36,901 nucleotides of DNA, from positions 1-36,901 of the forward strand of contig CAZWIN010000001.1 of the NCBI GenBank assembly GCA_964633855.1, given 5' to 3'. The notes under the pieces are model-generated. The model saw only the letters and a program-made list of their open reading frames with translations. It was not told the origin of the DNA and searched no databases. Shown piece after piece: positions 16,685 to 25,472 of the stretch. Every line of letters begins with the position of its first letter. Position 1 is the first letter of the stretch. This stretch comes from an uncultured Chitinophagales bacterium. Lineage in GTDB: Bacteria; Bacteroidota; Ignavibacteria; UBA10030; UBA6906. Position numbers and translations under genes: made by a program.

Positions 16685-17284
16685 ATGAAACACTTGCTGT
16701 TGTATTCTGTTGTGGCGCTTGCCGTGCTAACATTCGCACGTCCGGTCAGTCTTCACGCTGACCATCATACGGGCTTCAAAGCCGATTTGCTGAAGCAGAT
16801 TGACGACGTCCAGAAGCAGGTTCTCTCGCTCGAAGATGCCGTACCGCAGGAGAAATACACCTGGAGGCCTGCAGAGGGTGTACGCTCAATCAGCGAAGTG
16901 TATCTGCATGTTGCGTTCGGGAACTATATCATTTTGAAACTCGCCGGTTACGACCCGCCGGAAAGTGCCGGGTGGAGCATGGACATCAATGCCTGGGACA
17001 AAGCAACTACGGACAAGAAGGCCATAGCGGAAAAAATCAAGGCATCGTTTGACCACCTGAAAAGCACCATCAACAAGATCTCCGACGCGGACCTCGAGAA
17101 GGAGGTCAACTTCTTCGGAAACAAGATCTCCCTGCGTAGCGCTTTGATGTATTCGTGGGCTCATCAACATGAGCACCTTGGCCAGTCCATTGCCTATGCA
17201 CGGATGAACGGGGTCGTACCGCCGTGGACTGCTGAAGAGCAGAAGCGCGAAAAGGAAAAGATGGAGAAGGAGAAAAAGAAATAG
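16685..17284 (+). CDS. DinB-family protein with signal peptide and Lys/Glu-rich tail
   Basis: GGAGG lies 7 nt upstream of the ATG. Four-helix DinB-like His positions (HVAFGNY.., WAHQHEHLGQ). N-terminal signal-like MKHLLLYSVVALAVLTFA. C-terminal EEQKREKEKMEKEKKK. Confidence 0.75.
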   Translation: MKHLLLYSVVALAVLTFARPVSLHADHHTGFKADLLKQIDDVQKQVLSLEDAVPQEKYTWRPAEGVRSISEVYLHVAFGNYIILKLAGYDPPESAGWSMDINAWDKATTDKKAIAEKIKASFDHLKSTINKISDADLEKEVNFFGNKISLRSALMYSWAHQHEHLGQSIAYARMNGVVPPWTAEEQKREKEKMEKEKKK

Positions 17285-17299
17285 AGGTGAATGCTGCAT

Positions 17300-17334
17300 G
17301 GGGTTGAGCGCTTGCTCAACCCCTGTTTTTGTTT
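17300..17334 (+). terminator. intrinsic terminator after the DinB-like gene
   Basis: 10-bp stem ggggttgagc / gctcaacccc with loop gctt, followed by tgtttttgttt. Overlaps the stop codon of convergent pdxH. Confidence 0.75.
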
Positions 17335-17962
17335 ATGGTTGTAACCGCTGTTTTTTCCACGCCCCGTTCGCCTGCAATACATATTCAATCCGGTCATTCA
17401 GCCTTGCAAAGCGTGCCTGCCAGAATTCAATTCGTTCAGGCTTCACCCGGTATCCGCCCCAGTGCTCCGGGCGCGGAATTGTTTTTCCGTCGTATTGCTG
17501 TCTGAGTGCATCGAACATCATATCCAGTGCCTCACGGTTTTTCACAGGCATACTTTGCGCTGAAGTGAGCGAGCTGAGCTGCCCGTCGCGCGGGCGCGAT
17601 GCAAAGTATGCGTCAGATTCTCCCCCGGTAATTTGTGATGCCGCTCCCTCAATGCGTATTGACCGGTTCAATTCCACCCAGAACAATACCAAAGCGGCAC
17701 GCGCATTTGATACAAGATCTCTTCCCTTCCTGCTATTGTAGTTTGTAAAGAATACAAAACCCCGGTCATCAACCTGCTTCAAGAGTACCATTCTTACCGA
17801 CGGCACACCATCCGCAGAGGCGGTGGCAAGGGCCATTGCATCATACTGGGAAACTCCTGTTGTGGCTGCGATCTGATACCACTCCTTAAATTGGACAATG
17901 GGATCATCGTTGAGCACGTGTTCGTCCAGATCGGGTAAGTGTAGTGTTTTCTTTCCGTCCAT
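17333..17962 (-). CDS. pdxH: pyridoxamine 5'-phosphate oxidase
   Basis: 209 aa from ATG 17962. RMVLLK, RIEG, and the C-terminal HWGGYRVKPERIEFWQ...RLNDR..Y signature. Confidence 0.92.
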   Translation of the reverse strand: MDGKKTLHLPDLDEHVLNDDPIVQFKEWYQIAATTGVSQYDAMALATASADGVPSVRMVLLKQVDDRGFVFFTNYNSRKGRDLVSNARAALVLFWVELNRSIRIEGAASQITGGESDAYFASRPRDGQLSSLTSAQSMPVKNREALDMMFDALRQQYDGKTIPRPEHWGGYRVKPERIEFWQARFARLNDRIEYVLQANGAWKKQRLQP

Positions 17963-18051
17963 TGGCCCCTGCCTTTCGTGAATGTAAGCCTTCCTAAAAC
18001 ATACTGAAATCACGGTTGCCTCTCAACCGGTGCCGCTTGATTTCCGCCCAC

Positions 18052-18080
18052 TTGATAGTTGCCGTGAACTTTTGTAGCAT
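18052..18080 (+). promoter_or_regulatory. candidate promoter (TTGATA-17-TAGCAT) of the membrane-protein/cho pair
   Basis: TTGATA at 18052-18057, a 17-nt spacer, then TAGCAT at 18075-18080, 54 nt upstream of ATG 18135. Confidence 0.35.
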
Positions 18081-18134
18081 TGCGGCGCGTTGCTGGGTGC
18101 AGCGCTGGTCCTACTCACAACATTTGGAGGCTCT

Positions 18135-18557
18135 ATGAACAAAAAGCTTCTCACGGGTTGGATAGCGGTGTTTGTCGTGTTATCCGTTCTCGAGGCTATC
18201 GTCAATATGGTAGTGCTCAAAGGCGACTACGAGGCAACAGCCAATTTATGGCGTACCGAGGCGGATATGAAGATCTGGCTTTTTTATGTAGTCTACCTCT
18301 TCGTTGCGTTCTTCTTTACTCTTATTTTCTCAAAGGGGTACGAGGGCAATGGTGTCTCGGAAGGAATACGCTACGGGATGTATGTAGGCCTGCTGATGGC
18401 GATTCCCATGGCGTACGGCACCTATGGGGCAATGCCGATTCCCTACTCGCTCGCGCTCAAATGGTTCCTTTGCGGGTTTATTGATTATACCGTTTGCGGA
18501 GCCGTACTTGGGATGGTGTACGGAAAACAGGCGCTGGTGACAAAAGTAAGCTCATGA
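18135..18557 (+). CDS. small integral membrane protein, unknown function
   Basis: ATG 18135 is preceded by GGAGG. 140 aa with about 4 predicted TM helices. No family recognised. Confidence 0.6.
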   Translation: MNKKLLTGWIAVFVVLSVLEAIVNMVVLKGDYEATANLWRTEADMKIWLFYVVYLFVAFFFTLIFSKGYEGNGVSEGIRYGMYVGLLMAIPMAYGTYGAMPIPYSLALKWFLCGFIDYTVCGAVLGMVYGKQALVTKVSS

Positions 18558-18566
18558 TAACCGGTG

Positions 18567-18601
18567 GCGGCGCGTTTCACAAATGAGCGCGCCGCTCATT
18601 T
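18567..18601 (+). terminator. GC-rich hairpin(s) after the membrane-protein gene (possible weak terminator)
   Basis: Stem A: gcggcgcg (18567-18574) pairs with cgcgccgc (18588-18595). The overlapping alternative stem B is aaatgagcg (18581-18589) with cgctcattt (18593-18601). Only a short T-run follows. Confidence 0.3.
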
Positions 18602-18646
18602 GATGTACAGCAATGAAGCTTTTTGGGAGATTGATATTCTTTGGCC

Positions 18647-19519
18647 ATGACACGCCAACGTTCCCGGGTTTTGATTGATCACCTTCCGAACTCCCCCGGC
18701 GTGTATCTCTTTTATGGGATAGGGGGAGAACTTCTTTATGTTGGGAAGAGCAAAACCATCCGCACCCGCGTGCGCTCACATTTTTCATCGCCTGATGAGA
18801 AGAAACTCTGCAAACAGGTATCACACATCGAAGCACGGTGTACTGCCGGGGAACTTGGCGCGCTGCTGCTTGAATCCCAACTGATCAAAGACCTGAAGCC
18901 CCTGTTCAACATCCGGTCCCGGCAGAAACGAAGAATCATCGTTGCCCGCAGGATAACAACGGACAAAGGCTACTACGCCATAGCACTGGAAGCGATCTCC
19001 AGAATTGATCCCGCAAACGGCAACCCGATCATGGCAATCTTCAAGACGAAGCTTCAGGCTGGCGAATTCCTCTCTGTAACCGCAAAAGAACACATGCTCT
19101 GCCCGAAACTGCTCGGCCTTGAGCGCACAAACCGGTTCTGTTTCTCATTCCATCTACACCTTTGTCACGGTGCCTGTATGGGACTGGAAGACCCGCTCAC
19201 GTACAACCGTCGTCTTGAGTTGGCGTTTGAAGAAAGGCGCATCAAAGCATGGCCGTTTGAAGGGGGAATTATTATTGAAGAACGCAGCAACGATGGAAAA
19301 GGCGGCGAGGTGTTTGTAGTGGATAACTGGTGCCTGCTGTACAGCTTTGCGTATTCTGACGGGAGCTACCGGCTGCGAGTACAGGGACATCACCGGTTTG
19401 ATTATGACAGTTATAAAATCCTGGCGGCATACGTTTTTGACACAGCCAACAGCACGTGCATACGGCCTGCTTCAAGAGAAGAAATTTCCCGCCTTGCTCA
19501 ACTTACACATGCGGCATAA
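18647..19519 (+). CDS. cho: UvrC-homologue excinuclease Cho (GIY-YIG nuclease)
   Basis: PGVYLFYG...LYVGKSKTIRTRVRSHF (GIY-YIG), TAGELGALLLESQLIK..PLFN, and a C-terminal DYDSYKIL all parallel E. coli Cho as I remember it. Length about 290 aa. Confidence 0.85.
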   Translation: MTRQRSRVLIDHLPNSPGVYLFYGIGGELLYVGKSKTIRTRVRSHFSSPDEKKLCKQVSHIEARCTAGELGALLLESQLIKDLKPLFNIRSRQKRRIIVARRITTDKGYYAIALEAISRIDPANGNPIMAIFKTKLQAGEFLSVTAKEHMLCPKLLGLERTNRFCFSFHLHLCHGACMGLEDPLTYNRRLELAFEERRIKAWPFEGGIIIEERSNDGKGGEVFVVDNWCLLYSFAYSDGSYRLRVQGHHRFDYDSYKILAAYVFDTANSTCIRPASREEISRLAQLTHAA

Positions 19520-19549
19520 GAATGTTCTCACCCGCATTCTGTTGATCCC

Positions 19550-20743
19550 TCACACTCTTTCTGTGTTCCTCAACGTAATCACCGTAATCTCGGGCGCGTT
19601 CCCCAATCGCAAGGGCGGCCCCCAGTAGCCTGTTCCCCGGCTTACATATACCCACGCATTTCCGTGCCGGTGCAGCCCTTTGATGTACGGCTGATTCAGG
19701 GCGGCAAAATAGTTCCAGGGCAGGAACTGGCCGCCGTGAGTATGCCCTGATATCTGCAAATCAATTCCCGTAGAGATGGATGCATAAATGCTTCGCGGCT
19801 GATGCGCCAGAAGAATACGCCTCAAGCCCTCGGGTGCGTTGTGAAAGGCGGCTTTCGGGTCTGACAAGTGGCCCGGAACATAATCTCCTCCGCTGTAATC
19901 GGTAATCCCCGCAAGAATTATCCGGGATCCGTTTCTCTCAACAACCCGGTGCTCATTTAAAAGCACATCAAACCCGATGCGTTGCGCTTCCTTCACCCAG
20001 GATTCGACGCCCGAGTAATACTCATGGTTGCCCGTGATGAAAAACTTGCCGAACGGCGCTGTGAGTTCTTGCAGAGGCGCAACATCGTCACGCAGCCATG
20101 CCACGGATCCATCAACCAAATCTCCGGTGAACGCCAGCAGGTCGCCCTTGAGCGCCTGAAGCTGTTCAGCTATTCCTTCCACAAATTTCCTCTTGATGGT
20201 TGGCCCGATATGAAGATCGGTGAATTGCACAATGCGAAATCCATCGAACCCGTCAGGAAGTCCCGCCACCGGCACGTCAATCTCTTCTATTGTTGCACGC
20301 TGCCGGGCTTCATGGAAGCCATACCCTGTTGCAGCTGCCGCGACGCCCGCAATGCCGATATTGCTCGAATGAATGATAAACCTGCGCCGCTCCCGGTCTA
20401 TCTCTCCACCTCCACTTCCCCTCATTGTGCGGCCAATCCAACGCGTAGCCTTACCAACCAGAACCATCACATCCCGCAGAAATATGAATGTGAATAGCAG
20501 CGAAAGAAACCCCATAACGACAAACCCGAGGAGGGAAAGCAGGTCGAGCACTCCGGACTGTGCGCCATTGAGAAAGAAAAGGAAGGGAATTTGAGGAAGG
20601 AAGAAAATAAGAGCGACCAACACCCACGCTAATCTCTTTTTGTCGCCCTGCAATCTGCTGTTATTGATAAATCTGCGTCCTGTGTACCAGTGCGCAACGA
20701 GCAAGAGCCCGAAAAAAATCGAAAAGAAGAGAATCATCCGCAT
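19550..20743 (-). CDS. membrane-anchored metallophosphoesterase (YkuE-like)
   Basis: N-terminal TM helices, then calcineurin-like motifs DLHIG, GDLVDG, GNHEY and GHTHGGQ. Confidence 0.85.
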   Translation of the reverse strand: MRMILFFSIFFGLLLVAHWYTGRRFINNSRLQGDKKRLAWVLVALIFFLPQIPFLFFLNGAQSGVLDLLSLLGFVVMGFLSLLFTFIFLRDVMVLVGKATRWIGRTMRGSGGGEIDRERRRFIIHSSNIGIAGVAAAATGYGFHEARQRATIEEIDVPVAGLPDGFDGFRIVQFTDLHIGPTIKRKFVEGIAEQLQALKGDLLAFTGDLVDGSVAWLRDDVAPLQELTAPFGKFFITGNHEYYSGVESWVKEAQRIGFDVLLNEHRVVERNGSRIILAGITDYSGGDYVPGHLSDPKAAFHNAPEGLRRILLAHQPRSIYASISTGIDLQISGHTHGGQFLPWNYFAALNQPYIKGLHRHGNAWVYVSRGTGYWGPPLRLGNAPEITVITLRNTERV

Positions 20744-20792
20744 AACCTGTCACCCCACCATCTCAAAAACAACCGGTCGTCATCCGCAACAC

Positions 20793-21749
20793 TCAGAATA
20801 CACTCACCTTCACATATCTGTCGGGATTCAGCTTAAAGTCCATCAGTAAAGAGTCCAGGGAAAGAATACTATGGTCGATGTGTTTATACAACTCGTCGTC
20901 GCCGGTGAGTTTGCCGAGATTGCTTTGCGGATTGTTCAGTCGCGCAAGCAGGGAATCCGACCGGCGAATGGCCGCACTCAGGCTGTTATAAAAAGATTCA
21001 TCGACGATCAGCTTGCCGAGCGTGCCGCGCCCTTCCTTGAGTGAGGCGGAGACTTCTGCAAGATTGGTTATAAGAGATGAAACGTGGCCCGCCATCTGCT
21101 GGTCATTGATAAGTTTTGCCGCGACGCTGTTGCCGTTCATCATGTTGTTCGTCATGGTTTCAACGTTTGCGGCGGTCTTCAACAGCTCTTCATTCAGCTC
21201 GTTCGACGTAATCAATTTGCCGATCGTTCCCTCGCCACGGTTGATCTTTTCGGAGATATCCTGAATGGTGTTCATTGTTTTGATAGCCGACGCAGTCAGT
21301 TCCTCGAGGCCGGGATCAACCTGCACTTCCAAATACCCGCCATCTTCGAGCTTTGCTCCCGAACGGCCGAGCGTAATATCAATATACTTATCGCCGAGTA
21401 CACCAAGGGATTTTATGGTAGCCCTGGAGTCTTTGGAGATAAGGCCGAAATTGTCGTGCACAATGTCGAGTGTAACGATGACGCCCGAGCTGTCATTTCG
21501 TTCGGCGAAATCCATGCTCTTCACAACGCCGATTTTCTTCCCGGAAATCGCCACCATGTTGCCTTCCGTCAAACCCTGAATATTGGTGATAAACAGTCGC
21601 GCTGTATCGTGACGCGACAGGAGGCTCGTGTTCTTCCCGATAATCAAACCGAGCGTCCCGGCAAGAATCAGCCCCCCGACAAAGAGGATTCCCGTGCGAA
21701 GATTTCGCCAGCCTACTCCGCCGGTTGGTGATGTATCAACGTTCGCCAT
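20793..21749 (-). CDS. mlaD: MlaD/MCE-domain protein
   Basis: N-terminal TM helix, an MCE domain, and a long helical C-terminal region. Downstream of mlaE and mlaF. Confidence 0.85.
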   Translation of the reverse strand: MANVDTSPTGGVGWRNLRTGILFVGGLILAGTLGLIIGKNTSLLSRHDTARLFITNIQGLTEGNMVAISGKKIGVVKSMDFAERNDSSGVIVTLDIVHDNFGLISKDSRATIKSLGVLGDKYIDITLGRSGAKLEDGGYLEVQVDPGLEELTASAIKTMNTIQDISEKINRGEGTIGKLITSNELNEELLKTAANVETMTNNMMNGNSVAAKLINDQQMAGHVSSLITNLAEVSASLKEGRGTLGKLIVDESFYNSLSAAIRRSDSLLARLNNPQSNLGKLTGDDELYKHIDHSILSLDSLLMDFKLNPDRYVKVSVF

Positions 21750-21807
21750 AAGAGAATTTCATCCCGTAAAAGAAAGACCTGGAAATTGACGACTGGGCTG
21801 CCATAAA

Positions 21808-22539
21808 CTACAACTCCTCCGGATCAGCAAGGAAGGATTGCACAAACGGATGTTCGCTTTCCTCCATCTTCTCCGGCGTATCTTGAAAAATCAACTGACC
21901 CTGATATAATACGAGCACTCTGTCGGCTACACTGAACACATCGCCGATGATATGTGTCACCATGACCGCGCCCAGCCCTTTTTCCATTTTGAGTTGTTTG
22001 ATAACATCAAGAATTTTCTTCGAGCTGACGGGGTCAAGCCCGGCTGTTGGCTCGTCAAACAATACCGTTGTCGGTTCAAAAATGAGTGCGCGGCCAATGG
22101 CAACCCGTTTTCTCATCCCGCCCGAAAGGCTGTCGGGTAACTGGTGCGCATGAGATTCCAGCCCCGCAAATTTCAACTGGTCGAGAATTCGCCGTGCGAT
22201 TTCGCCTTCCGGCAGCTCCATGTTCTCGCGGAGGAAAAAGCCCATGTTCTCGCTGACCGTCATCGAATCGAACAATGCATTCCCCTGAAACACGATGCCC
22301 ATTTTTTTCCTGATGGGAAAAAGCTGCTGTTCGGAAAGGCGGCTGATATCCACCCCGTCAACCAATACCTGCCCGAATGTCGGTTGAATTAATCCGAGCA
22401 TCAATTTGATAATCGTGCTTTTCCCCGAACCGGAGGGGCCGAGGATAGCGGTAATATTCCCATCGGGAATCTGCATGGAGATCCCTTTGAGCACTTCGCG
22501 GCCGGCAAAATACAAATGCACATCCTTGAACTCAATCAT
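21808..22539 (-). CDS. mlaF: ABC transporter ATP-binding protein (MlaF-like)
   Basis: Walker A GPSGSGKS, signature LSGGMRKRV, Walker B LFDEPTAGLD. Flanked by mlaE and mlaD. Confidence 0.9.
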   Translation of the reverse strand: MIEFKDVHLYFAGREVLKGISMQIPDGNITAILGPSGSGKSTIIKLMLGLIQPTFGQVLVDGVDISRLSEQQLFPIRKKMGIVFQGNALFDSMTVSENMGFFLRENMELPEGEIARRILDQLKFAGLESHAHQLPDSLSGGMRKRVAIGRALIFEPTTVLFDEPTAGLDPVSSKKILDVIKQLKMEKGLGAVMVTHIIGDVFSVADRVLVLYQGQLIFQDTPEKMEESEHPFVQSFLADPEEL

Positions 22540-22605
22540 CCCACGCCCCGGCCATAACGACTCTTACTCTTCTCTTTTCTCGCGTCGCACACACCTGCGT
22601 TCATT

Positions 22606-23337
22606 CTAAAAATTCACGTTTTCCAGCACGAGCTTTGAAATGTAGAAATTCGCCACGAGTACCAGTCCCGATGAAACAACAATCCCTTTAATGGTGGAAC
22701 GTCCCACGCCGGCCGTTCCTCCTGTCGCAGAAAAGCCATTGAAGCAACTTACCAGTGTGATGATCACTGCAAAGACAAATGGTTTCAATGCCCCGACAAC
22801 AAAATCCTTAACGATAAGCAGGTTGAGTACAGAATTCCAATAAAAGCCGGAATCAATATGGTGGTACGTTTGAGCAACGACTCCTCCGCCAACCAGTCCG
22901 ACAAAATCGCTCAACGCTGTAAGAGGAAAAAACATGACAAGCGCAGAGAAGAGCCTTGGCATGACAAGCCTCGCGATCGGGTCGGTGCCAAACGCACGAA
23001 GTGCATCTATTTGTTCGGATATTTGCATTGCCCCTAGTTCAGAGCCGTTGCGCGCACCAACACGCGCCGACAGCATCAACCCCGTGACAATGGGCCCCAT
23101 CTCGCGAATAACCGATAACGCCGTAGTGCGTCCTGTAAGCAGTTTTGCGCCGAAGCCTTCGAGCTGGTTCCCGACTTCTACGGTGAGCAGACATCCGATA
23201 GCAAGCGAACTGACAAGAACAATCGGTATGGATTCCGTGCCGCTGATGTACATCTGGTTCAGAATTTCATCCCAGTACCTGCGGGTAAACCTGAAGCTCT
23301 TTATGGTGCGCGCGGAGAACCAGAAAAACTCCTGCAT
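22606..23337 (-). CDS. mlaE: MlaE-family ABC transporter permease
   Basis: The ORF opens at TTG 23529, but the homologous region and typical length (about 245-260 aa) fit ATG 23337. Start is uncertain (23337-23529). Confidence 0.8.
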   Translation of the reverse strand: MQEFFWFSARTIKSFRFTRRYWDEILNQMYISGTESIPIVLVSSLAIGCLLTVEVGNQLEGFGAKLLTGRTTALSVIREMGPIVTGLMLSARVGARNGSELGAMQISEQIDALRAFGTDPIARLVMPRLFSALVMFFPLTALSDFVGLVGGGVVAQTYHHIDSGFYWNSVLNLLIVKDFVVGALKPFVFAVIITLVSCFNGFSATGGTAGVGRSTIKGIVVSSGLVLVANFYISKLVLENVNF

Positions 23338-23854
23338 GGTCTGCACGAAGCGTTTCAACCGTTCATTAATGTGGTCGGCATAATCGCCGCCAAAATTCCA
23401 GAGCTTGAATACGATGACGGATTCTCCCCAATGGTGTGCTTCAAAAGATAAGAAAAATGGGAATAAGGAAGAAGCGGGGGATTGGAGCACGGCAACTTTT
23501 CGCACGGGCTTTCCGTACACCTCGTACAACTAAATATTAAGAACGTCACCACCATCATGATTTACATTAAAAAATCTACATTAGGAACTCTGGGGAAAAA
23601 GAGTTATCTTATAATCACTGCAAAGTAGCAGTTCCGGTATTTACCAGAACACGCATGCCGCAAACGGTCAGGATTTTCCAGTATCGCGAGCGGACACCAA
23701 GAGAAAAAATATGATTCTCGGGTGATGACGCAGAAGGTTCGCCGATATGGAACTCCGTTGATTACCAGTCGTTAATCCCCAAACGAGTACATTTTCATAA
23801 AGAACCAGATTATCGGCACCACGCCTGTTTCCAGCGCAATTTCATCTTTGTAGA

Positions 23855-23880
23855 CCGCTGTGTCTATACAGACACGGCGG
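23855..23880 (+). promoter_or_regulatory. 5'-leader stem-loop upstream of the DEAD-box helicase gene
   Basis: 10-bp stem ccgctgtgtc / gacacggcgg (one G-U pair) with loop tataca, followed by a T-rich tract and AAGGA 6 nt before ATG 23915. Confidence 0.4.
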
Positions 23881-23914
23881 AATCACTATTTATTTATTCT
23901 TTTAAGGATGCATT

Positions 23915-25375
23915 ATGGGTTTTACAACGTTTGGCCTCTCGGACAACGTCATGAAGGGAATTCAGGCCGCAGGGTATACTGTGCCTACTCCCATTCAATC
24001 ACTTGCCATCAAGCCTGCACTCGAGGGACGGGATATTATCGGCTCGGCGCAAACCGGGACAGGCAAAACAGCTGCATTTGTCCTGCCGATGCTTCACCGG
24101 CTTGATTTACCAAAACCGGCGACAACTCTGCCGGATCAGATTGTACGAGCGGGAGTATCATCAAGAGCCGCGCACCATGTACGTGCGCTTGTGATTACTC
24201 CAACCCGCGAACTTGCCCAACAAGTACACGATGCAGTGACAACTTACGGGCGCTTTCTCCGTCTCCGTCCGGTATCAATCTACGGCGGAGTCAGTATGGA
24301 AGGACAGTTGAAACTCCTTCGTCGCGGTGCGGACATTGTTATCGCAACTCCCGGCAGGCTGCTTGACCACGTCAACAGGCGGACAATTGATCTCTCCAAA
24401 ATCGAGATTCTTATCCTCGACGAGGCAGATAGAATGTTGGATATGGGATTTATCAATGACGTCCGGAAGATCATCGGGGCCGTTCCGAAAGAGAGGCAGA
24501 CCATGCTTTTTTCGGCCACGCTCTCAGACGAAATACAGAAACTTGCCTCCAGCATTTTGATCAACCCACATATGGTTGAGGCGGGGGAACGGCGCAATCC
24601 CGCTGAAACGATTACACAACACTTCTATTCCGCGACGCCACACTCAAAGATGGATCTGCTTCTCCATGCGATTGAATCCGAAAAAATGGAAAGCGTACTC
24701 GTATTCTCACGGACAAAGCACGGGGCTGATAAGATCTGTCGCCGTCTCGACCGACAGGGAGTCAGAGCCATTGCCATCCATTCAAACCGGACGCAATCAC
24801 AGCGACAGCGTGCGTTGGATGGCTTCAAGAAGGGACATTTCCGCGTGCTTGTTGCAACAGATATTGCCGCGCGCGGCATTGATGTGGATGGAATTTCACA
24901 TGTTATCAACTTTGATATTCCTCAATACGCCGAAGACTACATCCATCGCATCGGTCGGACCGGCCGAGCTGGAGCGGTCGGAGATGCAGTCACTTTCGTG
25001 ACAAGAGAAGACAACCAGCATCTCAAGAACATTGAGCGATTTGTTGGAAAGCGGTACCCGGTGAAATCATATCCCGGCTTTACGCCGCAACCACAGGTTG
25101 AGCCGGTCGGCACAAAGCCCAAAGTTGTATTTGCTTCTCAGGCACAACGGCATCAACGCCCTGTGCAACACAGCCGGCACCCTGCGGCTACACACAAGCA
25201 GGGATCCCAAGAGCGACAGCCGAACAATGCGTTTCCGAAGAAACCCGGGTTCAAGCGCACCAACAAGCCCGGAAGAAAAAAGACCACATTCCAATTTGCC
25301 AAGAAGAAAACTTCGGCACGCAAGATGGAGGCGTTTTCCTCAGACAGGGGTGGAGCGGGCTGGTCGAATTACTGA
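23915..25375 (+). CDS. rhlE: DEAD-box ATP-dependent RNA helicase (RhlE-like) with basic C-terminal tail
   Basis: Q-motif TPIQ, AQTGTGKT, PTRELA, DEAD (LDEADRM), SAT, HRIGRTGRAG. Lys/Arg/Gln-rich C-terminus. Confidence 0.92.
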   Translation: MGFTTFGLSDNVMKGIQAAGYTVPTPIQSLAIKPALEGRDIIGSAQTGTGKTAAFVLPMLHRLDLPKPATTLPDQIVRAGVSSRAAHHVRALVITPTRELAQQVHDAVTTYGRFLRLRPVSIYGGVSMEGQLKLLRRGADIVIATPGRLLDHVNRRTIDLSKIEILILDEADRMLDMGFINDVRKIIGAVPKERQTMLFSATLSDEIQKLASSILINPHMVEAGERRNPAETITQHFYSATPHSKMDLLLHAIESEKMESVLVFSRTKHGADKICRRLDRQGVRAIAIHSNRTQSQRQRALDGFKKGHFRVLVATDIAARGIDVDGISHVINFDIPQYAEDYIHRIGRTGRAGAVGDAVTFVTREDNQHLKNIERFVGKRYPVKSYPGFTPQPQVEPVGTKPKVVFASQAQRHQRPVQHSRHPAATHKQGSQERQPNNAFPKKPGFKRTNKPGRKKTTFQFAKKKTSARKMEAFSSDRGGAGWSNY

Positions 25376-25472
25376 GTCATGCGCTCGCGGTGACCTCGTT
25401 GAGATTCGTGGTGCTTTCTCTTATGGTGAAATGATTACGTCAATACAACTGTTCTGATAAATATTCCGGAGA

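Noticed and set aside
18606-18612. TGTACAG near the cho upstream region as a possible LexA/SOS box.
   Set aside because: It is only a 6-7-nt palindrome and does not match the CTGT-N8-ACAG type box. The LexA motif of this lineage is unknown to me.
21084-21731. Long antisense shadow ORFs: 21084-21731 (215 aa), 34437-35009 (190 aa), 2097-2642 (181 aa), 19982-20497 (171 aa), 35085-35588 (167 aa) and 14998-15447 (149 aa).
   Set aside because: Each lies entirely opposite a confidently identified gene. Each has an Arg/Ser/Cys-rich low-complexity composition and no recognisable motifs, which is typical of shadow ORFs in moderate-GC DNA.
23338-23529. 64-codon N-terminal extension of the mlaE ORF (TTG 23529) and the 67-aa ORF at 23355-23558.
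   Set aside because: The extension begins with TTG and has no MlaE-like sequence. It would also make the protein about 50 aa longer than typical MlaE. I keep it as a possible alternative start only.
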